Part shown: positions 16,057-26,596 of the stretch, piece by piece
Numbering within the stretch: the stretch's first letter is position 1
How the letters are laid out: every line of letters starts with the position of its first letter
Assembly: GCF_050015975.1 (NCBI RefSeq)
Contig: NZ_JBNHER010000060.1
Location: forward strand, 1-36,749
From: Dapis sp. BLCC M126
Lineage (GTDB): Bacteria; Cyanobacteriota; Cyanobacteriia; Cyanobacteriales; Microcoleaceae
Length of the DNA stretch: 36,749 nucleotides
Reading direction: 5' to 3'
Translations under genes and position numbers: made by a program
The notes under the pieces: model-generated
The model's database searches: none
Told to the model about the DNA's origin: nothing
The model's input: only the letters and a program-made list of their open reading frames with translations

Positions 16057-16311
16057 TTAACTAATTAATTTATCGTAGCAGAAAGTATTGTTATTATAAG
16101 ACTCCAACCAATCAAAAATTTGCTGTAGTTGGTGCAGGGAAATCATACCAAACTTCCAGAGAATCATTGGTAGCGGACCACAAGAAGCTTCACTGTGTTT
16201 CCGTGCGACAGAAATTGCTGCTGCGGAAAGAGATAATTCTTCCTGCAAAAAATGAATAAATAGAGTGGTTTTGCGATCGCCTTCCATAGTTATTATCCTT
16301 AAAAAATTCAA
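16057..16311 (-). CDS. DUF2949 family small protein (nif-cluster associated)
   Basis: 84-aa ORF with the typical pattern FLQEELSLSAAAISVARKHSE...GPLPMILWKFGMISLHQLQQIFDWLE. Confidence 0.8.
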   Translation of the reverse strand: MNFLRIITMEGDRKTTLFIHFLQEELSLSAAAISVARKHSEASCGPLPMILWKFGMISLHQLQQIFDWLESYNNNTFCYDKLIS

Positions 16312-16371
16312 CTACAGGTAATAGATATGGAAAGTTCTATATCTATTACCAATGAGTATTGTTCATTAAAA

Positions 16372-16647
16372 TTAATGGTTGTATTTAGGAACTTCCATTT
16401 TCCAGCATCTTTCTAACCAGTCTACTAACTCTGTCCGAGGAGCAATAAATTGCTTAACAGTGCTTTGGAGTAGAATAGCATCAGTACAACTCTTTACTTC
16501 TACTAATAATTCACCATTGTCAGTACACCAACTATTAATCATTAGCTCTTTTAAGCGATGGTGAACAAACCAACGATCTATTTGAGAAAGATTCACAATT
16601 TTAGTCAAATCTTCGGGATGAGGGTGAGAATTATGATTACTACACAT
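16372..16647 (-). CDS. Asr1405/Asl0597 family small protein (nif-cluster associated)
   Basis: 91-aa ORF with the pattern [28 protein letters not shown]...[25 protein letters not shown]. It overlaps the end of cysE by 8 bp. Confidence 0.8.
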   Translation of the reverse strand: MCSNHNSHPHPEDLTKIVNLSQIDRWFVHHRLKELMINSWCTDNGELLVEVKSCTDAILLQSTVKQFIAPRTELVDWLERCWKMEVPKYNH

Positions 16648-17491
16648 TGTTGCTTTTCCTTGTATCGCCCATAAGAGTTTGCAATTGTTTTTCTAGTTGC
16701 TCAATTCTGTCAACTAAAGCACGAGTTACGGCAGCTTCAGTATCTGGTAATTTTCCATGTTCTAGAACTCCAGTCCGTTCACCAGATTTCGATACGACTC
16801 TACCTGGTATACCAACAACGGTGCAGTCAGAAGGGACATGACGCAATACAATGGAACCAGCACCGATGCGAACATTATCACCAATATTGAGATTCCCTAG
16901 TACCTTTGCACCAGCACCAACTACAACGTTTTTGCCAATAGTGGGATGGCGTTTACCAATTTCTTTTCCTGTTCCACCAAGAGTGACACCCTGATAAATT
17001 AATGAATAGTCTCCAATAATTGCTGTTTCACCAATAACTACTCCCATACCATGATCGATAAATACTCCCTGTCCAATTTTTGCCCCTGGGTGAATTTCTA
17101 TTCCTGTGAAAAACCGCCCCAAATGGGAAATTAAACGTGGAATTAAAGGTACTCTCTGACGGTACAATTTATGAGCAAGACGGTGTAGTAATAAAGCATG
17201 CAAACCAGGGTAGCAACATAACACTTCAAGCCAGTTGCGTGCTGCTGGATCTCGCTCGAAAATTACTTGAAAATCTGTTAATATTGTATTTAGTTCAGGA
17301 AAGGTAAAATATTTGTACCAAAACCTATGACGACGAGATGAAGAAAGCTCTCTATTGGATTCTAATAGTAGATTTTTTTGGAGAACTTCACTATCAGCCT
17401 TTGGTTTGACTTGAGACCTCAAGTTACCTTGGCCTTTTGTCAAAGTAGAATTGTTAGTTGTGTTAGGTAAGGTGCAGGTATTGGCAGTCAT
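16640..17491 (-). CDS. cysE: Serine O-acetyltransferase (nif-associated CysE)
   Basis: 283-aa ORF with SAT N-terminal helical motifs ([27 protein letters not shown]) and hexapeptide repeats ([32 protein letters not shown]...). It has a ~60-aa N-terminal extension. Confidence 0.9.
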   Translation of the reverse strand: MTANTCTLPNTTNNSTLTKGQGNLRSQVKPKADSEVLQKNLLLESNRELSSSRRHRFWYKYFTFPELNTILTDFQVIFERDPAARNWLEVLCCYPGLHALLLHRLAHKLYRQRVPLIPRLISHLGRFFTGIEIHPGAKIGQGVFIDHGMGVVIGETAIIGDYSLIYQGVTLGGTGKEIGKRHPTIGKNVVVGAGAKVLGNLNIGDNVRIGAGSIVLRHVPSDCTVVGIPGRVVSKSGERTGVLEHGKLPDTEAAVTRALVDRIEQLEKQLQTLMGDTRKSNNV

Positions 17492-17699
17492 TTCAGTTAT
17501 CAGTTATTAGTTAGCTTCCTGTGGAGGAACTGCTTTAACAGTACCTTTAGTAATAGTAATAGGGAGGTTTAAGACCTTATTTCTTGGTCATGGGTCAAAA
17601 TAAAGGCTTCTGTCTTTGATAAAGACGTTTGCTTTTCAATGTTTATACCAAGTGCCTTGTAAACTACTGATAAATATTTCCTGCTCAGTCTTTATTAAA

Positions 17700-17945
17700 T
17701 TTATTAGGTTTGTACTCAAAATATTTAACCCATGAGTAGAAGAGTATTATAGATATGTTTAAAATATATTTTGGGCTATAGGTACTAGTATTTTTTGTAG
17801 TGTGTACGAGTATTTACTGAATAATGTACTAGCATTTTTGTACTCAAGGCAAATGCTTGTATTACTGCAAGTTTGAGGATCTTAAGTGGGGTTTTCTCTA
17901 AAATTTAAACTTGTACTCAATATTAGTTTAACTCATAACCATAGT
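17700..17945 (-). promoter_or_regulatory. cysE-proximal arm of an inverted duplicated upstream module
   Basis: TGTACTCA occurs at 17711, 17839 and 17912. A GTA-N8-TAC 14-mer, GTACGAGTATTTAC, lies at 17804-17817. The arm aligns with the reverse complement of 18755-19000. Confidence 0.55.
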
Positions 17946-18434
17946 CGAAATATTAAAAAAAACGTTAAAAATTATCTACTTAATTCTGAAAAAACTGCTA
18001 AGTTAATTACAGAAGCTAAAAATTGGCACTTAAATTTTTCGTAGTATACTGTTTCATCCTAAATCTAAATTTTGCAATAGATGTAGGTTTGGTTGGGGAG
18101 TGTTTTTGGCTAAGAGCCGACATGAAACGCTGCGCGACATGGAAAGTGCAGCTTATCCGTAGGATAAGGATAAACCTAACCACTATCTGTCCCTCCTACT
18201 CCCCTACTCCCTAATGCACTATTTTAGTTGAAACCGTTCGGTAGGTAGATTAGGGGTTGGAATGTAGAGTTTTTCGCTTAGATGATCAAACAGGATTAAA
18301 TGCCGTCACCCCGCCTTGATTAGCGAAATGTTTTTGTCGGGCGGCTTACCCATCCCCGTAACAAAAAAACTTCTGGCTTTTGACTTCGTTCGTCCTGGGA
18401 TATAAGGGTTAAATTAGTAACTTATTAGAAATAT

Positions 18435-18545
18435 TTATCAAATACTAAAGAAAAGTCAAGAAAAATCCACCCTAGTTGCCAAAAACTGATACATTATATA
18501 CAGTAATAAAAGATTAACCTAAATAAAGAACAATATGAGTACAGT
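18435..18545 (+). repeat. ~110-bp direct repeat, copy A (nifB upstream region)
   Basis: TTATCAAATACTAAAGAAAAGTCAAGAAAAATCCACCCTAGTTGCCAAAAACTGATACATTATATACAGTAATAAAAGATTAAC...ATATGAGTACAG matches copy B at roughly 85-90 percent identity by eye. Confidence 0.8.
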
Positions 18546-18682
18546 AGATAAGAGAAAAGGGAGGCAGATAATTGGAAGATAGGAGTTCTGCAAATAAGTT
18601 ATTAATTGAGATTATTCTCAAATATAGTTTGTTCTAATTTTCTGAAATAATAAGATTCAATCTACTTTCTTATCAAGAATAA

Positions 18683-18791
18683 TTATCAAATGCTAAAGAA
18701 AAATTAAGAAAAATCTACCCTACTTGCCAAAAACTGATACATTGTATACAGTAATAAAAGATTGACTTAAATAGGGGGTATATGAGTACAG
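18683..18791 (+). repeat. ~110-bp direct repeat, copy B (overlaps the distal part of the nifB-proximal arm)
   Basis: TTATCAAATGCTAAAGAAAAATTAAGAAAAATCTACCCTACTTGCCAAAAACTGATACATTGTATACAGTAATAAAAGATTGAC...TATATGAGTACAG. Confidence 0.8.
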
Positions 18792-19000
18792 GAGCCTAGA
18801 GAAAAAAATATGGTCAAAAAAATAGCGAAATAACCAATATATATAGCTTCCAGCATGAGTACATAGGAGCCTGCACCATCACACCGTAAATACTCGTACC
18901 CAACTTAAAAAATACAAGTACCTGTACCCCAATAAAAAATTTTATATATCCCAATCTAATTTGAATTATTAAATTAGAAAAATCTGAGTACAAAATTAAT
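18755..19000 (+). promoter_or_regulatory. nifB-proximal arm of an inverted duplicated upstream module
   Basis: TGAGTACA occurs at 18783, 18856 and 18985. GTAAATACTCGTAC at 18886-18899 is the exact complement of the 14-mer at 17804-17817. Confidence 0.55.
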
Positions 19001-19190
19001 CATAATAATAAATACTAATCGCGGTTTTTGAATGTAGCACTCTAAAACCCACTGATATAAAAACTATAACGCCGGACACCAAATCCACTGACATAACACC
19101 GCCAATGTTCAAGTCACTGAGAAAAAGTGTATCGACGCGAGTAATCCGTCACCCACGGCGACAGCTAGTACAATACAAGTGGAAACTTAG

Positions 19191-20660
19191 ATGTTACAGC
19201 CAACAGAACTATCTGCCCAACCAACAGTGAACAGCTTCGCAAACACCACGGCGAGCCCAGAAAAAAAATCCGGCGGCTGCGCGTCAAAGGGTTGCGGAAG
19301 CACCGAACAGGAACTGGCCCCCAATATCCAAGAGCGGGTTGCTAACCATCCTTGCTATAGTCAAGAAGCGCATCACCACTATGCTAGGATGCACGCTCCA
19401 GTTGCACCAGCTTGCAACATTCAATGTAACTATTGTAACCGGAAATACGACTGCGCTAATGAAAGTCGTCCAGGGGTAGTTAGTGAACTACTAACTCCTG
19501 AAGAAGCAGCTCACAAAGCTCTAGTAATTGCAGGGAAAATTCCACAAATGACTGTTATGGGTATTGCCGGACCTGGCGACCCATTGGCCAACCCAGAGAA
19601 AACATTCCGCACTTTTGAGCTTGTAGCTGAGAAAGCTCCAGATATCAAGCTTTGCTTGTCAACCAATGGTCTAGCTTTACCTGAGTATGTAGATCGGATT
19701 AAAGCATTAAATATTGACCACGTTACTTTAACAATTAATATGGTTGACCCTGAAATTGGGGTTAAGATTTATCCTTGGGTTCATTACAAGCGGAAGCGCT
19801 ATAGAGGAATTGAAGGAGTCAAAATTCTCCATCAAAGGCAAATGGAATCTTTGGACTTGCTCCAAAAAGCTGATATTCTCTGCAAAGTTAACTCAGTGAT
19901 GATTCCTGGCATTAATGATCAGCACTTAGAAGAAGTTAATAGAGTAGTTCGTTCTAAGGGTGCATTTATCCATAACATTATGCCCCTAATTTCTTCACCA
20001 GAACACGGCACTTACTTCGGTTTAAATGGTCAGCGCGGTCCAACTACTGAAGAATTAAAAACATTGCAAGACAAATGTGATGTTGGTGGTATGAAAATGA
20101 TGCGCCACTGTCGTCAATGCCGTGCAGATGCAGTTGGTCTCTTAGGTGAAGATCGGAGTAAGGAATTCACAAAAGAAGCAATCATGGAGATGACTCCAGA
20201 ATACGATCTGGAAAAGCGTAAAGAAGTCCATGCTGGCATTGAAGGTTTCCGCAATAAACTAGCAACAGCCAAGGCCGAGACTCAGGTAGAAGAAGCAGTT
20301 GCTCAAGCTGGTCCTCCTATATTGCTAGCAGTAGCAAGTAAGGGTAACGGATTAGTTAATCAACACTTTGGTCATGCTAAAGAGTTCATGATCTATGAAG
20401 TAGATGGTGTTAACGCCAGGTTTATTGCTCACCGGAAAGTTGACCACTATTGTTTAGGTGGTTATAGTGAAGAAGGAAGTTTGGAGAATATAATCAAGGC
20501 AATTTCTGATTGCAAAGCTGTTCTAGTTTCTAAAATTGGTGATGGTCCAAAAGGAAAGTTACTGGACGCAGGAGTAGACGTAGTAGAGAGCTATGATGTA
20601 ATTGAAACAGTTGCTTTAGATTTCTACAAGGAATTCATCAAACTAATACAACCTGCATAG
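19191..20660 (+). CDS. nifB: FeMo-cofactor biosynthesis radical SAM protein NifB (with C-terminal NifX-like domain)
   Basis: 489-aa ORF. The radical-SAM motif context is [17 protein letters not shown]. Conserved blocks [16 protein letters not shown] and [11 protein letters not shown] are present. The C-terminal domain reads [27 protein letters not shown]. Confidence 0.95.
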   Translation: MLQPTELSAQPTVNSFANTTASPEKKSGGCASKGCGSTEQELAPNIQERVANHPCYSQEAHHHYARMHAPVAPACNIQCNYCNRKYDCANESRPGVVSELLTPEEAAHKALVIAGKIPQMTVMGIAGPGDPLANPEKTFRTFELVAEKAPDIKLCLSTNGLALPEYVDRIKALNIDHVTLTINMVDPEIGVKIYPWVHYKRKRYRGIEGVKILHQRQMESLDLLQKADILCKVNSVMIPGINDQHLEEVNRVVRSKGAFIHNIMPLISSPEHGTYFGLNGQRGPTTEELKTLQDKCDVGGMKMMRHCRQCRADAVGLLGEDRSKEFTKEAIMEMTPEYDLEKRKEVHAGIEGFRNKLATAKAETQVEEAVAQAGPPILLAVASKGNGLVNQHFGHAKEFMIYEVDGVNARFIAHRKVDHYCLGGYSEEGSLENIIKAISDCKAVLVSKIGDGPKGKLLDAGVDVVESYDVIETVALDFYKEFIKLIQPA

Positions 20661-20663
20661 GTA

Positions 20664-20922
20664 ATGAATTGTACCATAATTAGCAAATGTGTTTCCTGCT
20701 ATCATTATGTTTCCCAATGCCTCACTGGTGCTATTAGCTGGAAAGAAGTAGGCTATGCAATTAAGTAAATCTTATGCCTGTTAAGCAATAGCATCAGCAG
20801 CAGCCAATTATTGGGATGCCTAGTTTGTTACTTATAACAAGTTGGTTTCTCAAATAAATGAAGCCAAGCAAGGAAATTACTGGCTAAAGTGGTTTGAACT
20901 CTACTCAAAAAGATTGTCGTAG
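20664..20922 (+). pseudogene. fdxN: Decayed fdxN (bacterial-type 2[4Fe-4S] ferredoxin) remnant
   Basis: 20664-20768 encodes MNCTIISKCVSCYHYVSQCLTGAISWKEVGYAIK then a stop. The CxxCxxCxxxCP motif is broken (third Cys is Tyr, Pro is Leu). A different frame (20791-20922) reads ASAAANYWDA(stop)FVTYNKLVSQINEAKQGNYWLKWFELYSKRLS(stop), resembling the FdxN C-terminal DYWxxWF repeats. The second Cys cluster is missing. Confidence 0.7.
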
Positions 20923-21069
20923 TAACTTCCAGCTTCAATCTGTAATACATAGCTAGTACAGCTAGCTGGAAGTTAAAAACCAACAGTCAAAAGTCACAAG
21001 CTTTCAACATCAGGCTTCTGACTGTTCTTCTTCTTCTCTACAACCATCACCTCAATTTTTTAGTCAGCT

Positions 21070-22272
21070 ATGCAACAAACCATTTATCTAGACAACAATG
21101 CTACCACCAAAGTAGATGAGGCAGTGCTGGCGGAAATGCTGCCTTACCTGAGTGAATTTTATGGTAATCCCTCTAGTATGCACACTTTCGGCGGACAAGT
21201 TGGTAAGGCTGTGAGGAAGGCGCGATCGCAAGTAGCAGCTTTACTAAACGCTGAAGATACAGAAATTATTTTTACCAGTTCTGGTACTGAGGGTGATAAT
21301 GCTGCTATTCGAGCTGCTCTTACCGCTCAACCTAATAAACGGCATATTATTACTACTCAAGTAGAACACCCGGCAGTTTTAAATCTGTGTAAACATCTGG
21401 AGAAGCAGGGGTATACAGTTACTTATCTGTCAGTAGATGGTCAGGGAATGATAGATTTAACTGAACTGGAAGCTGCTATTACAGGTAATACTGCCCTAGT
21501 TTCAGTTATGTACGCCAATAATGAAACAGGCGTGATTTTCCCCATAGAGCAAATTGGGCAAATAGCTAAGGAATATGGTGCGCTGTTCCACGTTGATGCA
21601 GTGCAAGCGGTAGGAAAAGTGCCTTTAGATATGAAGAATAGCACTATAGATATGCTAGCTCTATCTGGTCATAAGTTGCACGCTCCTAAAGGTATTGCTG
21701 CTTTGTATGTGCGCCGTGGTACTCGGTTCCGTCCGTTATTAATTGGAGGACATCAGGAACGGGGACGCCGTGCAGGGACGGAAAATGTACCTGGTCTGAT
21801 TGCTCTGGGTAAAGCTTGTGAATTGGCACAAGAGCATTTGGCGCATATTGACAAGGAAAGGGAACTGCGCGATTATTTGGAAAACGGTATTTTGGCTGCT
21901 ATTCCTGATTGTGCTGTTAATGGTCATCCTATTCAGAGGTTGCCTAATACTACTAATATTGGCTTCAAGTATATTGAGGGAGAAGCAATATTACTGCATT
22001 TGAACCATTATGGTATCTGTGCTTCTTCTGGTTCTGCTTGTACTTCTGGGTCTCTGGAACCTTCTCACGTTTTGCGGGCAATGGGATTGCCCTACACAGT
22101 TTTACATGGCTCGATTCGTTTTTCTCTATCACGTTATACAACTCGTCGAGAAATTGAGGAAGTGTTGGCAGTGATGCCGACCGTAGCAGAACGTTTGCGT
22201 GCTTTATCTCCTTTTAAGAATGACCAAGCTGAGTGGCTGCAAGAGCGTCAGCAGGCAACTGTGTCATCCTAA
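21070..22272 (+). CDS. nifS: Cysteine desulfurase NifS
   Basis: 400-aa ORF starting IYLDNNATTKVD. The PLP-lysine context is LSGHKLHAPKGIAAL and the active-site Cys loop is SSGSACTSGS. Confidence 0.95.
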   Translation: MQQTIYLDNNATTKVDEAVLAEMLPYLSEFYGNPSSMHTFGGQVGKAVRKARSQVAALLNAEDTEIIFTSSGTEGDNAAIRAALTAQPNKRHIITTQVEHPAVLNLCKHLEKQGYTVTYLSVDGQGMIDLTELEAAITGNTALVSVMYANNETGVIFPIEQIGQIAKEYGALFHVDAVQAVGKVPLDMKNSTIDMLALSGHKLHAPKGIAALYVRRGTRFRPLLIGGHQERGRRAGTENVPGLIALGKACELAQEHLAHIDKERELRDYLENGILAAIPDCAVNGHPIQRLPNTTNIGFKYIEGEAILLHLNHYGICASSGSACTSGSLEPSHVLRAMGLPYTVLHGSIRFSLSRYTTRREIEEVLAVMPTVAERLRALSPFKNDQAEWLQERQQATVSS

Positions 22273-22698
22273 AATTTATAATAGTTTAAGGATTGCTACA
22301 CTTTTGTTTACGCTACAAAATGTAGTGAAAATAACAGAAAAGCTCCGTTGATTAAGCAACAATCATTGTAGAGGTTAAAGAGGGGTATACATCACGCTAT
22401 AAACTCACAAAATTGTAGCAAAGTCAACAAAAAAAATATTTCCTAACCTGGAAGATAAAAATATAATTTCTAGGGGTGGTACATAATTTTTACGCCAATC
22501 ACTTGAAGTTATGAAATTTGAGGAAAAAAAGGTAAAAAGGGGTTGCTTGATTCTAAAAAATGTGCAATACTAATAATATCAAGTTTAACCCACCTCTTCA
22601 AATTAATAATTTATTGCTCTACTAACTGAGTATTAACCTTCAAGAAAAAACAGAATTTTTCATCAGTAAAAACTAGGGTGTTCTAAACAATAAGGGCT

Positions 22699-23574
22699 AT
22701 GTGGGAATATACTGAAAAGGTAATGGACTTGTTCTACAACCCCCAAAATCAAGGAACTATTACAGACCAAAAAGAGGGGGAAAAGGTAGTTAGCGGTGAG
22801 GTAGGAAGTATAGCGTGTGGAGATGCTTTAAGTCTACACCTCAAAGTAAATGAAGCCTCCGGTGAAATATTAGATGCAAAGTTTCAAACCTTTGGCTGTG
22901 CTAGTGCGATAGCTTCATCTTCTGCCCTAACGGCAATGCTCAAAGGCAAAACCATAGACGAAGCCATGAATATTAAAAACCAGGATATCGCGGGATACCT
23001 GGGAGGGCTACCAGAAGAAAAAATGCACTGTTCAGTCATGGGCGAGGAAGCATTAGAAGCAGCAATCTTTAAGTATAAAGGTATTGAGGTAGAAGTTCAC
23101 GAAGAAGACCATGAAGGAGCATTAGTTTGTAGTTGTTTTGCAATTACGGAAAACAAGATTAAGCGAGTTATCCGGGAAAATAATCTCAAAACAGCAGAAG
23201 AAGTAACAAACTATGTGAAGGCTGGTGGTGGTTGTGGTTCTTGTCTGGCAGATATTGACGATCTAATCGAATCGGTTTACGAAACGCCAGAACCTACTAC
23301 ACAACAAATCCCTACAACTACTAAACCAGCAACCAAACTAACAAACCTACAAAAAATCACATTAATTCAACAAGTATTGGAACAAGAAGTGAGACCAGTT
23401 CTCGCAGAAGATGGAGGAGATGTTGAGTTATTCGATATAGATGGCGATCGCGTCCTAGTAACACTCAAAGGTGCCTGTGGTACTTGCAGTAGTGCAATGG
23501 CGACACTTAAAGGAGCGATTGAAGCTACATTGAAAGAACGAGTAAGCGAAAGCATTGTAGTAGAATCGGTATAA
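22699..23574 (+). CDS. nifU: Fe-S cluster scaffold protein NifU
   Basis: 291-aa ORF. The N-terminal IscU-like domain is MWEYTEKVMDLFYNPQNQG...GSIACGDAL...FGCASAIASSS...HCSV. The central domain has a [2Fe-2S] Cys motif (CSCF...GGGCGSC). The C-terminal Nfu domain has GACGTCSS. Confidence 0.95.
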   Translation: MWEYTEKVMDLFYNPQNQGTITDQKEGEKVVSGEVGSIACGDALSLHLKVNEASGEILDAKFQTFGCASAIASSSALTAMLKGKTIDEAMNIKNQDIAGYLGGLPEEKMHCSVMGEEALEAAIFKYKGIEVEVHEEDHEGALVCSCFAITENKIKRVIRENNLKTAEEVTNYVKAGGGCGSCLADIDDLIESVYETPEPTTQQIPTTTKPATKLTNLQKITLIQQVLEQEVRPVLAEDGGDVELFDIDGDRVLVTLKGACGTCSSAMATLKGAIEATLKERVSESIVVESV

Positions 23575-23836
23575 AAGCTAAATTGATGCTGACTACAGCG
23601 ACAAATAACCAATAAAACGGGTGCATTAATGACAACTATATACACGCAGGTTATACCTGCTCAAGCTTTAGGGCGAGCGCCTCCGGGCACTCAATGTTGC
23701 TGCTAAATACACACTGTTCTTACATGAACAAAATTATGAATGTGGTGCTGTAAAGCCAAAAGCCCTAGAAAAAAGCAGCCATCAAACACAAACTCTAAGG
23801 AAACCCTTACAGCAAAAAAATCACATTCATTCCTAA

Positions 23837-24763
<927 letters not shown>

Positions 24764-24792
24764 TTAGCTGAAAATCTTCTAGCACAATAGTA

Positions 24793-24813
24793 GGGGTGTG
24801 CTAATCACACCCC
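24793..24813 (+). other. Intercistronic stem-loop between nifH and nifD
   Basis: GGGGTGTG-ctaat-CACACCCC forms an 8-bp perfect stem with no trailing T-run. A second stem, GGCAGGT...ACCTGCC, lies at 24867-24900. These may act as mRNA stability or processing hairpins. Confidence 0.4.
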
Positions 24814-24959
24814 ATCTCACAACACAAATATTGAGTGGTGAGTCTTGTATTAATCAATTTTGTAGGGGCAGGTTTTGCAGATAATAAAAAAGCACCTGCC
24901 TCCACTAATACAAAACTCAAACACTAAAATCTTCCAATATCCAAAAGGAGATATCTAAC

Positions 24960-26414
24960 ATGGCATCTGAAAAAATCGAACAGAACAAACAGTTAATTCA
25001 AGAGGTATTAGACGCTTATCCTGAGAAAGCTGCTAAGAGACGGAAAAAGCACCTCAATGTTTTAGAAGAAGGATCTGACTGTGGCGTTAAGTCTAATGTT
25101 AAATCAGTTCCTGGTGTAATGACAACTCGTGGTTGTGCTTTTGCTGGAGCAAAAGGGGTTGTTTGGGGTCCTGTTAAGGACATGGTTCACATCAGTCACG
25201 GTCCAGTTGGTTGCGGTTACTACTCTTGGGCAGGACGTCGTAACTACTATAACGGTGTAACTGGTGTTGATACTTTCGGTACAATGCAATTCACTTCCGA
25301 TTTCCAAGAAAGAGACATCGTTTTTGGTGGAGACAAAAAACTCGCCAAAATCATGAACGAAATCGAAGATTTATTCCCTCTAAATGCTGGTATCACAATT
25401 GAATCTGAATGTCCAGTAGGTCTAATTGGTGATGACATCGAAGCAGTAGCTAAGAAAGCTGCTAAAGAACTCAATAAACCAGTTGTACCAGTACGTTGCG
25501 AAGGTTTCCGTGGTGTTTCTCAGTCATTAGGTCACCACATCGCTAACGACACAGTGCGTGACTGGGTATACGAGCCATCTGCAAAGATTACTAACGAAGA
25601 AATCGGTTTTGAGACCACTCCTTATGACGTATCCTTAATTGCTGACTACAACATCGGTGGTGACGGTTGGAGTTCTCGTCTATTATTAGATGAAATCGGC
25701 TTAAGAGTTGTTAGCCAAGCAACAGGTGACGGTACTTACAACGAAGTATTCATGGCTCCTAGGGTGAACTTAAACCTCATCCACTGCTACCGCTCCATGA
25801 ACTACATCTGCCGTTACATGGAAGAGGAGTATGGTATACCCTGGACTGAATTCAACTTCTTTGGTCCAACTCAAATTGCTAAATCTCTACGGAAGATTGC
25901 TTCTTACTTCGACGATACAATCAAAGAAAACACAGAGAAAGTAATTGCTCGATATCAGGAACAAGCTGATGCAGTAATTGCTAAGTATCGTCCTCGTTTA
26001 GAAGGCAAGAAAGTAATGATGATGGTTGGTGGTTTACGTCCACGTCACGTTATTCCTGCTTTTGACGATTTAGGAATGGAAGTTATCGGTACTGGTTATG
26101 AGTTCGGTCACGGTGATGACTATAAGCGTACTGCTGAATATGCTCAAGAAGGTACTCTAATCTACGATGACGTTAGTGGCTACGAATTTGAAGAATTTGC
26201 TAAGAAATTAAAGCCAGACTTAATTGCTTCTGGTATTAAAGAGAAGTATGTATTCCAGAAGATGGGTATGCCATTCCGTCAAATGCACTCCTGGGATTAT
26301 TCTGGTCCTTATCACGGTTATGACGGATTCGCTATCTTCGCTCGTGACATGGATCTAGCTCTCAACAGCCCAACTTGGAACTTAATTAAAGCTCCTTGGA
26401 AGCAAGCTAGCTAG
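24960..26414 (+). CDS. nifD: Nitrogenase molybdenum-iron protein alpha chain NifD (uninterrupted)
   Basis: 484-aa ORF with the conserved blocks [39 protein letters not shown] (FeMo-co Cys context) and [11 protein letters not shown]. Confidence 0.97.
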   Translation: MASEKIEQNKQLIQEVLDAYPEKAAKRRKKHLNVLEEGSDCGVKSNVKSVPGVMTTRGCAFAGAKGVVWGPVKDMVHISHGPVGCGYYSWAGRRNYYNGVTGVDTFGTMQFTSDFQERDIVFGGDKKLAKIMNEIEDLFPLNAGITIESECPVGLIGDDIEAVAKKAAKELNKPVVPVRCEGFRGVSQSLGHHIANDTVRDWVYEPSAKITNEEIGFETTPYDVSLIADYNIGGDGWSSRLLLDEIGLRVVSQATGDGTYNEVFMAPRVNLNLIHCYRSMNYICRYMEEEYGIPWTEFNFFGPTQIAKSLRKIASYFDDTIKENTEKVIARYQEQADAVIAKYRPRLEGKKVMMMVGGLRPRHVIPAFDDLGMEVIGTGYEFGHGDDYKRTAEYAQEGTLIYDDVSGYEFEEFAKKLKPDLIASGIKEKYVFQKMGMPFRQMHSWDYSGPYHGYDGFAIFARDMDLALNSPTWNLIKAPWKQAS

Positions 26415-26596
26415 TAGAAGTCAGAAGTATGGGTTTTGGCTTTTAGGAAATGGGGTAATGCCATCACTACGGCATCCCCAATATACAAACAAAGATTTGA
26501 CTAGGAATTGGGAGTTTAGAGGTTGTAGTTGAGATTCTTCTTACTTCTTCCTTCTTCCCTCTTCCTTCCGAACAATACCATAGAGGAATAAACACC

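Noticed and set aside
18023-18214. 63-aa ORF in the cysE-nifB intergenic region.
   Set aside because: It runs through repeat-derived sequence (a GTAGGTTTGGTTGG-type element and CTACTCC heptamers). It has no RBS and no recognisable family.
24960-26414. A developmentally excised element interrupting nifD, as with the 11-kb xisA element of PCC 7120, or an element in fdxN or nifH.
   Set aside because: nifD, nifH and nifK are continuous full-length ORFs. No xisA/xisF/xisC-like recombinase is in the window. fdxN is decayed, not split by an element.
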